The position numbers were made by a program, and so were the translations under genes. This document shows positions 1 to 8,913 of a stretch of DNA of 64,000 bases, one piece after another. Source of the stretch: an uncultured Zetaproteobacteria bacterium (lineage in GTDB: Bacteria; Pseudomonadota; Zetaproteobacteria; Mariprofundales; Mariprofundaceae); assembly GCA_964596375.1 (NCBI GenBank), contig CAZQTO010000001.1, positions 916 through 64,915 on the forward strand, in the 5' to 3' direction. How positions within the stretch are numbered: position 1 is the first letter of the stretch; every line of letters starts with the position of its first letter. A model generated the notes under the pieces. It was not told the origin of the DNA. It saw only the letters and a program-made list of their open reading frames with translations, and made no database searches.

Positions 1-1
1 G

Positions 2-619
2 GCCGACGGTTCGATTTCGCTGGTGAATTCGGTGAATCCGTATCGCATTCAGGGTCAGAAAACAGCCGCTTTCGAGGTGATTGACGAGCTTGGTTTTGTG
101 CCGGATTACCATGCTTTGCCGGTAGGCAATGCGGGAAATATCACTGCGTATTGGATGGGTTACAAGGAATACTTCGACAAGCGCATTAGTAAGAGCCTGC
201 CCAAGATGATCGGCTTTCAGGCGGCTGGTGCCGCTCCCATCGTGCTGGGTCATCCGGTGGAGAATCCTGAAACCATCGCCACGGCCATCCGCATCGGCAA
301 GCCCGCATCATGGAAGCAGGCCGAAGAAGCACGTGACGAATCCGGTGGCTTGATCGATGCCGTGACCGATGAGGAGATTCTTGAGGCCTACGGCATGCTG
401 GCCTCGATGGAGGGGGTGTTTTGCGAGCCTGCCTCCGCCGCTTCCGTAGCCGGCGTCATCAAGCTGAACAAGGCCGGTTATTTCCAACCGGGCTCAACCA
501 TCGTCTGCACCCTGACCGGCAACGGTCTGAAGGACCCGGATACGGCCATGCAGAATGTTGCCAAGCCTGTGACCATCGATGCCAACGAGGATGCTGTGCG
601 CAGGGCGCTTGATTCCTGA
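2..619 (+). CDS. thrC: threonine synthase, C-terminal part (5' end outside window)
   Basis: Frame is open from the window edge. Translation [25 protein letters not shown]...[10 protein letters not shown]...FQAAGAAP...TGNGLKDPD matches conserved ThrC blocks. Stop TGA at 617-619. Confidence 0.9.
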   Translation, partial: ADGSISLVNSVNPYRIQGQKTAAFEVIDELGFVPDYHALPVGNAGNITAYWMGYKEYFDKRISKSLPKMIGFQAAGAAPIVLGHPVENPETIATAIRIGKPASWKQAEEARDESGGLIDAVTDEEILEAYGMLASMEGVFCEPASAASVAGVIKLNKAGYFQPGSTIVCTLTGNGLKDPDTAMQNVAKPVTIDANEDAVRRALDS

Positions 620-1592
620 TTCAGCCCCTCTGGGCCAGTCCATCCAATTACTGCTGATTAGCGATGCCCTGCATGGGGCAGATGGCAGTCTTGTGTTGCA
701 TCCATCCCTTATGGATTACCAGTCCCGACTGCTTAAGAGGCGGCGGCGATGGTTCCATTGTGCTGAGAAAACCCCGTTTGGCTGGTATGCGGCCTTAGTC
801 GACAGCACTCCGGCGTCCCTGCTGGCAGCGCGCTGTACCGATCTGCCTGCATCCGCCCGGCAGGCCTGGGTGGCATCTCCCTACCATGCCCAGTTGGGCC
901 GGGATACGGTTCGCCTGATGCCGGAAGGGGAGCTGGCATGGTCTGCGGCTGATGCAGCCTGGTTATGCAGCCTGCTTAATCCATTGCTGGGGGAGGAGGG
1001 CATGAGTCTGCATGCCATTGGTGCAGCGTTGTTGCTGGCATGCAAGACTCCTCTGGACACTAACCCCGTTTCCTTTGCCGCCATTGCCGGTGGTCTGTTG
1101 CCCAACCGCCATCCTGAGGGCCCCGATGGCGGACGCCTGATGCGCCTGTTGGCCGAGATTCAGATGAGTCTGCACGCCGTTACCCATCGCACCGGTCAGC
1201 CGACGCGTGACGGGCAACCTGATATCAGCGGTTTGTGGCTGTGGGGTTCGTGCGCATTGCCGGCCGAGCTTCCCCTTGGCCTGCCGCCGGTGGCAACGCT
1301 CAATCCCTTTCTTCAAGCCCTGCAGTACGATTACGAGTATGAGCACGAGCACGAGTATGAGCACGGAGCACAAATCCTTATCAGCGAGGCGGATCGGCTG
1401 TCGGAGCTTTTATCCGCAGACAGGTTTCCTGGTGCTGGCCTTCCGCGCACCGTCCTGCTGGCAGGAGCCGGGCATGCAGTGCTTTTGCGCAGAGGTTTGC
1501 TGCCGGGATTTGGCAAGACATGGCAGGCGAAAGCCGCAAAATCCGAGGCTGATTTAATCTCTCGCTTGAAAAAGTTCATCGATGTTGCCTGA
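579..1592 (+). CDS. hypothetical protein with Tyr/Glu/His repeat insert
   Basis: 337-aa ORF co-oriented between thrC and recJ; its end overlaps the recJ start by 11 nt. No family recognised by eye. Start is uncertain: ATG 579 overlaps the thrC end, and an in-frame TTG at 609 is possible. Confidence 0.5.
   Translation: MPTRMLCAGRLIPDSAPLGQSIQLLLISDALHGADGSLVLHPSLMDYQSRLLKRRRRWFHCAEKTPFGWYAALVDSTPASLLAARCTDLPASARQAWVASPYHAQLGRDTVRLMPEGELAWSAADAAWLCSLLNPLLGEEGMSLHAIGAALLLACKTPLDTNPVSFAAIAGGLLPNRHPEGPDGGRLMRLLAEIQMSLHAVTHRTGQPTRDGQPDISGLWLWGSCALPAELPLGLPPVATLNPFLQALQYDYEYEHEHEYEHGAQILISEADRLSELLSADRFPGAGLPRTVLLAGAGHAVLLRRGLLPGFGKTWQAKAAKSEADLISRLKKFIDVA
1326..1364 (+). repeat. imperfect hexanucleotide (YAY-GAG) tandem repeat encoding [13 protein letters not shown]
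   Basis: TACGAT TACGAG TATGAG CACGAG CACGAG TATGAG CAC read directly from the sequence. Confidence 0.85.
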
Positions 1593-3264
1593 AAACAAGA
1601 CCTTGCGCGGGCGCAAACTGGTCTGGCGGCATGATTCGCTGCAGGCCGATGATCCTTTGTCCGCATGGCAGGGCTTGTTAGCGGCAAGGGGCATGAACGA
1701 GGCCGATGCCTTCTTTACTCCGCGCCTTTCCGATCTGCCTGATCCCTTCACCATGTGCGATATGGACAAGGCGGCGGACAGGCTGGCGACAGCTATTGTT
1801 GAGCAAGAGCCGATTCATGTGTTTGGCGACTTCGATGCCGACGGAGTGAACGGCACGGCGATTCTCGTTGAAGCCCTGCGCGGGGCTGGGGCCGAGGTCA
1901 GCTTCTCGATTCCGCATCGCGCGGATGATGGCCACGGTATCGGCGTGGAACCGGTGCTGGAAGCGGCAGGGCGCGGCATCCGCGTCGGCATCAGCGTGGA
2001 TACCGGCACTACTTGTATGGATGCCTGTGTCGCCGCTAAAGAAGCCGGCATGGACCTGATGGTCACTGATCATCATCTGCCGGAAGAAACCCTTCCCCCG
2101 GCCTTTGCCCTGCTCAATCCGGCGCGTGCCGATTGCGGTTTTGCAGATCGGAAGCTGTGCGGCACCGGTGTGGCCTTCTTTCTGCTGATGGCCGTGTGGA
2201 AGGTGTTGGCCGACAAAGGTGCCAGACCGGACTTCGACCTGCGCTGCCTGCTGGACAGAGTCGCCGTAGCCACGGTGGCCGATGTCATGGATCTGGTCGG
2301 TGTGAACCGCATTCTGGTTTACCACGGCCTGCAAAAGCTGAACAGTGCCCCCTCGATCGGTATGGCGGCTCTGATGCGTGTCGCCCGCGTAAAAAAAGCT
2401 GTGTCATCGGAAACCATCGGCTTCTATCTGGCCCCGCGCATCAATGCCGCAGGTCGCATGCAACATGGCGAGGCCGCTATGCGTATGCTCTCCACGCAGG
2501 ATGCCGACGAGGCGGCAGCCCTTGCTCTGGAACTGGATGAAGCGAACAAACATCGCAGGCTGGTGGAGAGTGAAGTGTTCAAACAGGCGGAAGCCAAGCT
2601 GGTCGGCTCAAGCGTTCTGGCGACCTGGGATAAGCAATGGCATGCCGGGGTGGTTGGCTTGGCTGCCGGACGACTGGCGCGCAAACATGGCAAGCCTGCC
2701 GCTGTCGGTTTCGTGACACCGGAGGGAAGCGTTCGTGTTTCCCTGCGCGGTACGCCGGGTTTTCATATCGGCGATCTGTTGAATGCATGCAGCGACCATC
2801 TTGATGGTTTCGGCGGTCATGCCGGTGCCGGAGGGGGAGGCATCAAGCAGGGCGCATGGGATGATTTCGTTACTGCTTTCGGAGACGCCGTGGAAGCCCA
2901 ATCAGTCGATGCAGCCAATCACCTTGAGCTTCCCGTGGATGGTGTGCTTGGCCTAGGTGCGATGCATGCGGGACTGGCTGAGAGGCTGGCCCGGTTCGAG
3001 CCCATCGGTCGCGGTAATCCGCCATGCGCTTGGTTGCTGGAAAATGTACATATCGCTGATCGGCGCGACATGAAGGGCGGGGTGTCCCGATTGAAGGTCA
3101 GTGACGGAACGAACTGGCTGGACTGCATCATCTTCGGTGCCAACGGCTTCGCCCAACCCCTGCAGCCCGGTTGCGCTGTTTCCCTGGTCGGCCAGCTGCA
3201 GCTCGATGACTATCGCGGCGGCGGGGCCGTGCAGTTCGTCGTCGCGGATGCGATAGCTATCTAA
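1582..3264 (+). CDS. recJ: single-stranded-DNA-specific exonuclease RecJ
   Basis: DHH-family motifs VFGDFDADGVNG, SVDTG and MVTDHH, plus DHHA1-like GGHAGAGG. 560 aa. Confidence 0.93.
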   Translation: MLPENKTLRGRKLVWRHDSLQADDPLSAWQGLLAARGMNEADAFFTPRLSDLPDPFTMCDMDKAADRLATAIVEQEPIHVFGDFDADGVNGTAILVEALRGAGAEVSFSIPHRADDGHGIGVEPVLEAAGRGIRVGISVDTGTTCMDACVAAKEAGMDLMVTDHHLPEETLPPAFALLNPARADCGFADRKLCGTGVAFFLLMAVWKVLADKGARPDFDLRCLLDRVAVATVADVMDLVGVNRILVYHGLQKLNSAPSIGMAALMRVARVKKAVSSETIGFYLAPRINAAGRMQHGEAAMRMLSTQDADEAAALALELDEANKHRRLVESEVFKQAEAKLVGSSVLATWDKQWHAGVVGLAAGRLARKHGKPAAVGFVTPEGSVRVSLRGTPGFHIGDLLNACSDHLDGFGGHAGAGGGGIKQGAWDDFVTAFGDAVEAQSVDAANHLELPVDGVLGLGAMHAGLAERLARFEPIGRGNPPCAWLLENVHIADRRDMKGGVSRLKVSDGTNWLDCIIFGANGFAQPLQPGCAVSLVGQLQLDDYRGGGAVQFVVADAIAI

Positions 3265-3291
3265 GACCGGCAAAGGCCCCTGGGTGACTTG

Positions 3292-3675
3292 TTAGCGAAC
3301 CTGGTGGTAACGCTGTTGCCCTCTGTCCACCTCTGTTACCGGTGAGACCAGCGGCGCAAAGGCCAGGGAAATCAGAGCTATCAGCCCCAGCAACCCGGCC
3401 GCGATTCTATAATTGTTTTCCCTGGACCCTTTGCCCGTTAAGACACTTTTGATGAATTTTGCATGGGTGATCAAATGGGCAGTCATCAAAAGCAGAAAAG
3501 CAATTGATAAATATAAATGAATATCGCCCCATTCATGGCGCGTTAAATTCCATACCTCATCGCCGCCACTTCTTGGCGGCAGAGTGAACTCGAGCAGCGT
3601 TCCGGTAGAAACCATGAGCGTTAGTGCCGCGAATGAAAGTAAGTCGGTAATCTTGATGATCGTCGAAGCGTTCAT
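3292..3675 (-). CDS. small integral membrane protein (DUF4405-like His/Trp pattern)
   Basis: 127 aa with several hydrophobic helices. RHEWGDIHLYLS...MTAHLITH resembles DUF4405-type membrane proteins. Assignment is tentative. Confidence 0.45.
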   Translation of the reverse strand: MNASTIIKITDLLSFAALTLMVSTGTLLEFTLPPRSGGDEVWNLTRHEWGDIHLYLSIAFLLLMTAHLITHAKFIKSVLTGKGSRENNYRIAAGLLGLIALISLAFAPLVSPVTEVDRGQQRYHQVR

Positions 3676-3742
3676 GAATGCAGCATAGTTGCATTTCGCT
3701 ATCCATGTCCATTTTCGTGGGGCTTAATCTATCGTTGTTGTT

Positions 3743-3774
3743 AATAAAACAGGGCTACGTTTGACGGTAGCCCT
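3743..3774 (-). terminator. rho-independent terminator downstream of the sqr-like gene and its small ORF
   Basis: Minus strand reads AGGGCTAC-CGTCAAAC-GTAGCCCT followed by GTTTTATT. Confidence 0.65.
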
Positions 3775-3801
3775 GAGGGGTCTTTCGAGTGATGTTTTGC
3801 T

Positions 3802-3963
3802 TCAGTGCTGCGAGTTCATCATCAGCCTGAGCATCTTCACGTTGATGATGATAAAGCGGATGATCTGCCACGGTATCGAATTGCGCATGTAGCGGGTGAA
3901 ACCCGTCGGTGTGGGCGGGTAATACGTCTGCTCGTAGGGTTCACGGTTGGTTGCTTTTGGCAT
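3802..3963 (-). CDS. 53-aa small ORF downstream of the sqr-like gene (not in the ORF track, below the 60-aa cutoff)
   Basis: ATG at 3963 preceded by GAGGAG at about 6 nt; TGA at 3802-3804. Translation MPKATNREPYEQTYYPPTPTGFTRYMRNSIPWQIIRFIIINVKMLRLMMNSQH with a hydrophobic C-terminal half. Lies 27 nt after the sqr-like stop and just before the terminator. Confidence 0.4.
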   Translation of the reverse strand: MPKATNREPYEQTYYPPTPTGFTRYMRNSIPWQIIRFIIINVKMLRLMMNSQH

Positions 3964-3990
3964 ATCTCTCTCCTCGATTCGTATTCTTGT

Positions 3991-5448
3991 TTAGTCCGGC
4001 ATGTACGACCAGCCGGGCTTCATCTTCGACTGGTACATGAAGGTGTAGTGCAGGACGTACTTCATCCAGTGTCCGGCCAGACCGACTTCGCCGGTGGTCA
4101 GTGACAGGTCGCGTCCGTATGCCGGATACTTCACGAAGTCCGGCACCACCGGATAGACGGTCATCGAAACCGCACTGCCGCGGAATAGGTGTGAACCCGT
4201 GGAGGCCATGCAGGCAGCACCCATCTCAGCCATGGAGGCATGGTGGGTCGGCTTCTCGGCGCCATTGACCATGTCGCGGATGCTCTTGGCCACGTTGACG
4301 GCCATAGCGGCGGAAGGCATGCCGGTGCGCGGTGGGGTGGGGCTGATCGGTGTACCGTTGGTGCTCTTCATCGGCTTGCTGATCGGGTGTGGTGGGGCGA
4401 ACGCGATGCCGATGGCAAACAGATTCTTATAGATCGGGTTCTGGTAGGTCTTCGGCCAGTCTTCGGCACTCCACTCCTCGTAGGGGCGCGGCGTGTAGTC
4501 GCCGTCCACCTTCAGGAAGCCGTTCGGGGCGAACAGGGTTGCAGTGATGTCCTCGCCTTTCTTATCGAAGGCATTCAGGCCTACGCCGGCGAATGGCGGG
4601 ATGAGCATCGAGAAGTCGAAATCGAGTTCGCCCATGCTGCCGTCGAGCAGTTCGTAATGAATCTTGCCCGGTTCGATCTTGCTGACATGGGCACGGGTGA
4701 TCCACTCGATGTCGCGCTCCACCATCAGCGATTCGGAGAAGGTCTTGGCGTTGGTCACATAGCCGCCGCGCTTGATATGCACGCCGCCCATACCGAAATC
4801 ACCCAGTTCGTACTCGTTGCTGATCCAGATGATACGTGCTTTGTCGCGTACGCCGGCCTCGCGCAGCGTGTGATCGACGTTATAGGTGTACTCGAATGCT
4901 GCGCCCTGGCAGGTGCACATGCCATGGCCGGTACCGATGACGAAGGTGCGCTCCTCGCCTTTCTTCATGGCCTCGATCTGTTCCTGCAACTTTTCGTTGG
5001 CCTCCAGAGCATGTTTGGCGGTACACACGGAGACCGTGTAGCCATTATCCGGGCCGAGGCCTTCGGTGGCGTTGAAATTCAGCTTAGGCCCCGTGGCGTT
5101 TATCAGGTAGTCGTAAGTGATGGTGTCTTGCTGGCCCGTACGCGCTTCGTCGGTGAACTCGACGGTGACGTAAGGGGATGCGCTGTCCTTGCTTCCCTCC
5201 GGGTGGATAGAGATGCCCTTGGCCTGATGGAAGGTAATGCCAGCCTTGTCGTACACCTGCTTCAGGTCGAAGGTCACTTCCTCCTCGGTCATATCGCCCA
5301 CGCCGACCCAGATGTTCGACGGGATCCAGTTCCACTTGGCGTTGGGGGAAACCACAACGACCTCGTGTTTCTTGCCGATCCACTTGCTCAGGTAGCGGGC
5401 GGCGGTGTGTCCGGCAATACCGGCTCCCAAAATAAGTACGCGTGCCAT
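3991..5448 (-). CDS. sqr: sulfide:quinone oxidoreductase-family FAD flavoprotein
   Basis: N-terminal dinucleotide fold VLILGAGIAGHTAA. Cys contexts GMCTCQGAAFEY and MGAACMAS resemble SQR redox cysteines. 485 aa, long for the family, so the subtype is unresolved. Confidence 0.65.
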   Translation of the reverse strand: MARVLILGAGIAGHTAARYLSKWIGKKHEVVVVSPNAKWNWIPSNIWVGVGDMTEEEVTFDLKQVYDKAGITFHQAKGISIHPEGSKDSASPYVTVEFTDEARTGQQDTITYDYLINATGPKLNFNATEGLGPDNGYTVSVCTAKHALEANEKLQEQIEAMKKGEERTFVIGTGHGMCTCQGAAFEYTYNVDHTLREAGVRDKARIIWISNEYELGDFGMGGVHIKRGGYVTNAKTFSESLMVERDIEWITRAHVSKIEPGKIHYELLDGSMGELDFDFSMLIPPFAGVGLNAFDKKGEDITATLFAPNGFLKVDGDYTPRPYEEWSAEDWPKTYQNPIYKNLFAIGIAFAPPHPISKPMKSTNGTPISPTPPRTGMPSAAMAVNVAKSIRDMVNGAEKPTHHASMAEMGAACMASTGSHLFRGSAVSMTVYPVVPDFVKYPAYGRDLSLTTGEVGLAGHWMKYVLHYTFMYQSKMKPGWSYMPD

Positions 5449-5567
5449 ATTCGTTTCCTCCAGTCTTGTGAGACCGAAAACACGCCGGCCCCTGAGTTGT
5501 TAGCTGCGAACATTATGATATCCTAATATTATAATCAAGCTTTTTTGAAATGAAGCTTGTCTCAGGG

Positions 5568-7196
5568 TCAGGCAGAAAGGATCTTTGCGGCAGCCTTGAG
5601 GCCGTCGACGGCTGCGGAGACGATGCCGCCGGCATAGCCAGCACCTTCACCGACGGGGTACAGGCCTTTGAGCGATACGGACTGCATGCTGTCGTCGCGG
5701 CTGATGCGCACGGGGCTGCTGGTGCGGGTTTCGCTGGCCAGCAGATTGGCTTCATCGGTAAGGTAGCCGCGCATGCGGCGATCGAAGCCTTTAATGCCTT
5801 CGGCCAGTGGTGATGCAATCCAGTGCGGCAACAATTCCCACAGATCGGCAGGAACCACGCTGGGTTTGAAGCGGCAGTTGGCCAGCGTGCCGCTGGCCTT
5901 GCGGTTCACGAAGTCTGTTAAACGCATGGTGGGGGCGGCATATTGGTTTCCGGCCATCTTGTAGGTGGCACGTTCGATCTCGCGCTGGAAATGAACGCCG
6001 GAAAGCGGGTGTGCAGTGATACCGTGGCGTTCAATATCCTCGGGGGTGACCTGTACCACCAGGCCCGAATTGGCGAATTCGCCGGATCGTTTGGCGTTGC
6101 TCATGCCGTTCACGGCCATGCCTCCCTCTTCAGTGGGAGAGGGGACGATCAGCCCACCCGGACACATGCAGAAGGAATAAACGCCGCGTTTGCCCAGATG
6201 ATCGTCGGGCACCTGATGCGTCGCCGCGTATTCGGCGGCACCGAGCGCCGGATGACCGGCCTTGGCCCCGAACTGGATGGCATCAATCAGCGCCTGCGGA
6301 TGCTCGGCACGCACGCCGACGGCGAAGGCTTTGGCTTCCAGATGAATGCCCAGCTTGTGCAGATGTTCGTAGGTGTCGCGTGCCGAATGGCCTGTGGCGA
6401 GAACCACGCAATCGCCATCGATCTCGGTTTCGCTCTCTTCGCTGTCTGCCACCCGCACACCGCACACTTTGTCGTCCTTGGTGAGCAGGGCATTCACGCG
6501 CGCGCCGAAGCGGTAGTCCACACCAAGTGATTCGAGGTGGCCGCGCATATTGCGCACGATGCGCACCAACCTGTCGGTTCCCAGATGCGGGTGGGCATCG
6601 ATCAGGATGTCATGGGCCGCACCGAAGCGTACAAAGGTGTGTAACACATTGCGCACCAGCGGGCTCTTGATGCGCGTGTACAGCTTGCCATCGGTATAGG
6701 TACCTGCACCGCCCTCGCCGAAACAGATATTGCTTTCAGGATTGAGCTCGCCACGCGAACGCAGACGACCGATATCGCGCATTCTCTTTTCCACCGGCTG
6801 GCCGCGCTCCAGCAGCGTAACGCGCAAGCCGCGCTCGGCCAGTTCCAAGGCTGCAAACAGACCGGCAGGGCCTGCACCGACCACAATGGCATGTCTGTCG
6901 TCGGACTGTTTAACGGGTAGGGCAGGGGTATCAAGCGCGGATGCCTTGATAACTCGCAACTGCATAGCCGGATCATTGATCAATTGTTTTGGCAGGGGGC
7001 CAGGCAGGGTAAACTCATAGGAACAGACGAAGTGGATATTGCTCTTCTTGCGCGCATCCAGCGCCTTGCGCACGCGAACACATTTGGCGATGTCAGCCGA
7101 TTGAAGGCCCAGCCGTTTGGCAAGTCTGCTGCAAACGGAATCATCGTCCTCATCGAGTCCGACGTTCAGGTTGGCAATGCAATAGCGAATGGTCAT
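5568..7196 (-). CDS. FAD-dependent dehydrogenase (COG2509-type)
   Basis: VVGAGPAGLFAALELA FAD fold and overall similarity to uncharacterised NAD(FAD)-utilising dehydrogenases. Start taken at MTIRYCIANL; the ORF is open up to 7244. Confidence 0.8.
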   Translation of the reverse strand: MTIRYCIANLNVGLDEDDDSVCSRLAKRLGLQSADIAKCVRVRKALDARKKSNIHFVCSYEFTLPGPLPKQLINDPAMQLRVIKASALDTPALPVKQSDDRHAIVVGAGPAGLFAALELAERGLRVTLLERGQPVEKRMRDIGRLRSRGELNPESNICFGEGGAGTYTDGKLYTRIKSPLVRNVLHTFVRFGAAHDILIDAHPHLGTDRLVRIVRNMRGHLESLGVDYRFGARVNALLTKDDKVCGVRVADSEESETEIDGDCVVLATGHSARDTYEHLHKLGIHLEAKAFAVGVRAEHPQALIDAIQFGAKAGHPALGAAEYAATHQVPDDHLGKRGVYSFCMCPGGLIVPSPTEEGGMAVNGMSNAKRSGEFANSGLVVQVTPEDIERHGITAHPLSGVHFQREIERATYKMAGNQYAAPTMRLTDFVNRKASGTLANCRFKPSVVPADLWELLPHWIASPLAEGIKGFDRRMRGYLTDEANLLASETRTSSPVRISRDDSMQSVSLKGLYPVGEGAGYAGGIVSAAVDGLKAAAKILSA

Positions 7197-7307
7197 TGCG
7201 GCATACTCACCGAGGCACTTCGTGTTGTCATGGCTAAACCTCACGCACGATTGCAGATGGTGCTGTAATACTTCATTCTATGGTCAGTTAGTCGATTAGG
7301 GGGTGGG

Positions 7308-7934
7308 ATGAGAAAAGCTGATATTATCAAGAGGCACGATGAATTTTTTTATACAGTCGAGTGGTATGAGGGTTTTCTTCAGAAAATCATCTCGGCTAGG
7401 AGAGTTTTAGGGGATGCTGAGGTTAAAAGAGAATTGGCCGAATCAATTATCTTGAGACTTTGCGCTCATTGGGAGTACTACATTGACGAACTCTTGATCG
7501 CATGTGTGAATCGAGATCATTCAAAATTGTCAGAGTTTTTTGGTGTAACTATTCCAGAGCACCCCTCACAGGAATTATGCCAAGCACTTATTTTCGGGGA
7601 CGGATATCGCGATTTCCCCTCGTTCGGTGCATTAAAAGGTTTCTCGAAAAAGATTTTGAAAGAAGAAAGTAATCCTTTCCTTAGCATTCAAGGAGAAAAC
7701 TGGAAACTGATTGATGAGGTTTACGCAATTAGAAATTACCTTTCGCACTATAGTCGAAAGGCGCGGCGGTCTTTGTTCCATATGTACAAATCTAATCACC
7801 AAATGAGTCGCTTCTACGAACCGGGTCAATTCTTACTTGCCTATAATGCCAGTCGTTTTGATGATTATTTCAGAGCTTTTGCTGGCGCATCTAACGATAT
7901 GAAGATTTGGCTTGAAACGGGAGGGGGAAGTTAG
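7308..7934 (+). CDS. AT-rich orphan protein with HEPN-like Rx4H motif
   Basis: 208 aa, predicted all-helical by eye. AIRNYLSHY (R142-H147, nt 7731-7748) fits the HEPN Rx4-6H signature. Spot G+C counts of two 60-nt lines gave 35% and 40%. Lies on the opposite strand to both neighbours. Confidence 0.55.
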   Translation: MRKADIIKRHDEFFYTVEWYEGFLQKIISARRVLGDAEVKRELAESIILRLCAHWEYYIDELLIACVNRDHSKLSEFFGVTIPEHPSQELCQALIFGDGYRDFPSFGALKGFSKKILKEESNPFLSIQGENWKLIDEVYAIRNYLSHYSRKARRSLFHMYKSNHQMSRFYEPGQFLLAYNASRFDDYFRAFAGASNDMKIWLETGGGS

Positions 7935-7950
7935 TCTCAAGATTCACTGC

Positions 7951-7979
7951 AACAAGGGCGGCCATTGGCCGCCCTTGTT
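7951..7979. terminator. perfect 13-bp palindromic hairpin between convergent genes (hairpin family copy 1)
   Basis: AACAAGGGCGGCC-ATT-GGCCGCCCTTGTT, flanked by the stops at 7932-7934 (+) and 7981-7983 (-). Confidence 0.75.
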
Positions 7980-7980
7980 G

Positions 7981-8748
7981 TTATAGCTTGGCTGCTGCGA
8001 TGCGGCGCAGGGTCGGCACCTCAAGCCCTGCTTCATCGGCTATGCTCAGCGCGCGATCAAGGCGTGCCGGGGCCGAGCGACCCATGCAGCCGTGTTCGGG
8101 GTCGCCGTCGAAGGCGGCGAGCATGCCTTCGATCAGTGTCGGGCGGTCGAGCTCCTGCCCGGTCAGATGCTCCTGGATATCGAGCACATCGCCGGCCACT
8201 GCGCAGGCCAGGTCGTTGTGCTTAAGCCACAGGTCGCGCACATTGCCGCCGGATTCGAGGCCGGCGATGTTGGTGGTCAGGATGTAGAGATTCTTGAGAA
8301 CAAGCTCAAACAACAGTTCATTGTCATCTGCCAGTTCGCGCACAGGGATATCGAGCGAACCCAATGCATCCTTAAGCAGCGGCGCAAATTCGCCGTAGGC
8401 AGGGGAGGCAATCACCACCTTGGAATCCATGCCCTTTTTCTTCTCGAACCACACGGAGACCACTGTCGGCTTGCTTAAACCATGTTGTCTCCAATCGCGC
8501 GGCAGTAACTCGTTCTGCAGTAGGACCAGGCGGTCACACCATGCATCCGGCAGATCGGCCAGTGTGGCTTGCAGGTCCTTCTCGGCGACGGCCACGATGA
8601 CCATTTCGGGCTCAGGCACTTCATTAGCCACGATGCCCAGATCCATATCGCGTGTGACCGGTACAATCGGATAGCCAAGGCGCATGAATCCGCGCGCAAA
8701 CACCGATCCGATCTCACCGATTCCTATGACTACCACTGGTTTGTGCAT
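7981..8748 (-). CDS. NAD(P)-binding Rossmann-fold protein, ketopantoate-reductase-like (tentative)
   Basis: N-terminal VVVIGIGEIGSVFARGF glycine-rich fold. 255 aa. High G+C like the core genome (one 60-nt line counted at 70%). Confidence 0.45.
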   Translation of the reverse strand: MHKPVVVIGIGEIGSVFARGFMRLGYPIVPVTRDMDLGIVANEVPEPEMVIVAVAEKDLQATLADLPDAWCDRLVLLQNELLPRDWRQHGLSKPTVVSVWFEKKKGMDSKVVIASPAYGEFAPLLKDALGSLDIPVRELADDNELLFELVLKNLYILTTNIAGLESGGNVRDLWLKHNDLACAVAGDVLDIQEHLTGQELDRPTLIEGMLAAFDGDPEHGCMGRSAPARLDRALSIADEAGLEVPTLRRIAAAKL

Positions 8749-8779
8749 ATCTGTCTCCTATGATCGCGCGAATGCTAAC

Positions 8780-8808
8780 GAAAAGAGCGGCTAATGGCCG
8801 CCCTTTTC
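8780..8808. repeat. palindromic hairpin, family copy 2, located in a divergent 5' region
   Basis: GAAAAGAGCGGC-TAATG-GCCGCCCTTTTC (one mismatch). Same GGCGGC...GCCGCCC core as copies 1 and 3. Confidence 0.7.
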
Positions 8809-8913
8809 ATTACAGGGCGTTTAGGACTAGATTCCATTTTGTTCTAGGGGAGCACTGCATTTAGCAAGCTGTCACCGTAATTCGATTCCGGATTGGTGAT
8901 GATGGGAGTTTAT

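Noticed and set aside
963-1373. 136-aa minus-strand ORF starting [17 protein letters not shown]
   Set aside because: It is antisense to the 579-1592 ORF. Its hydrophobic N-terminus is just the reverse complement of the Tyr/Glu/His repeat.
4240-5526. 428-aa ORF on the + strand
   Set aside because: It is entirely antisense to the well-supported SQR-family gene. Its translation is Arg/Gly/Ala/His-rich nonsense typical of the reverse frame of a GC-rich gene, and it has no RBS.
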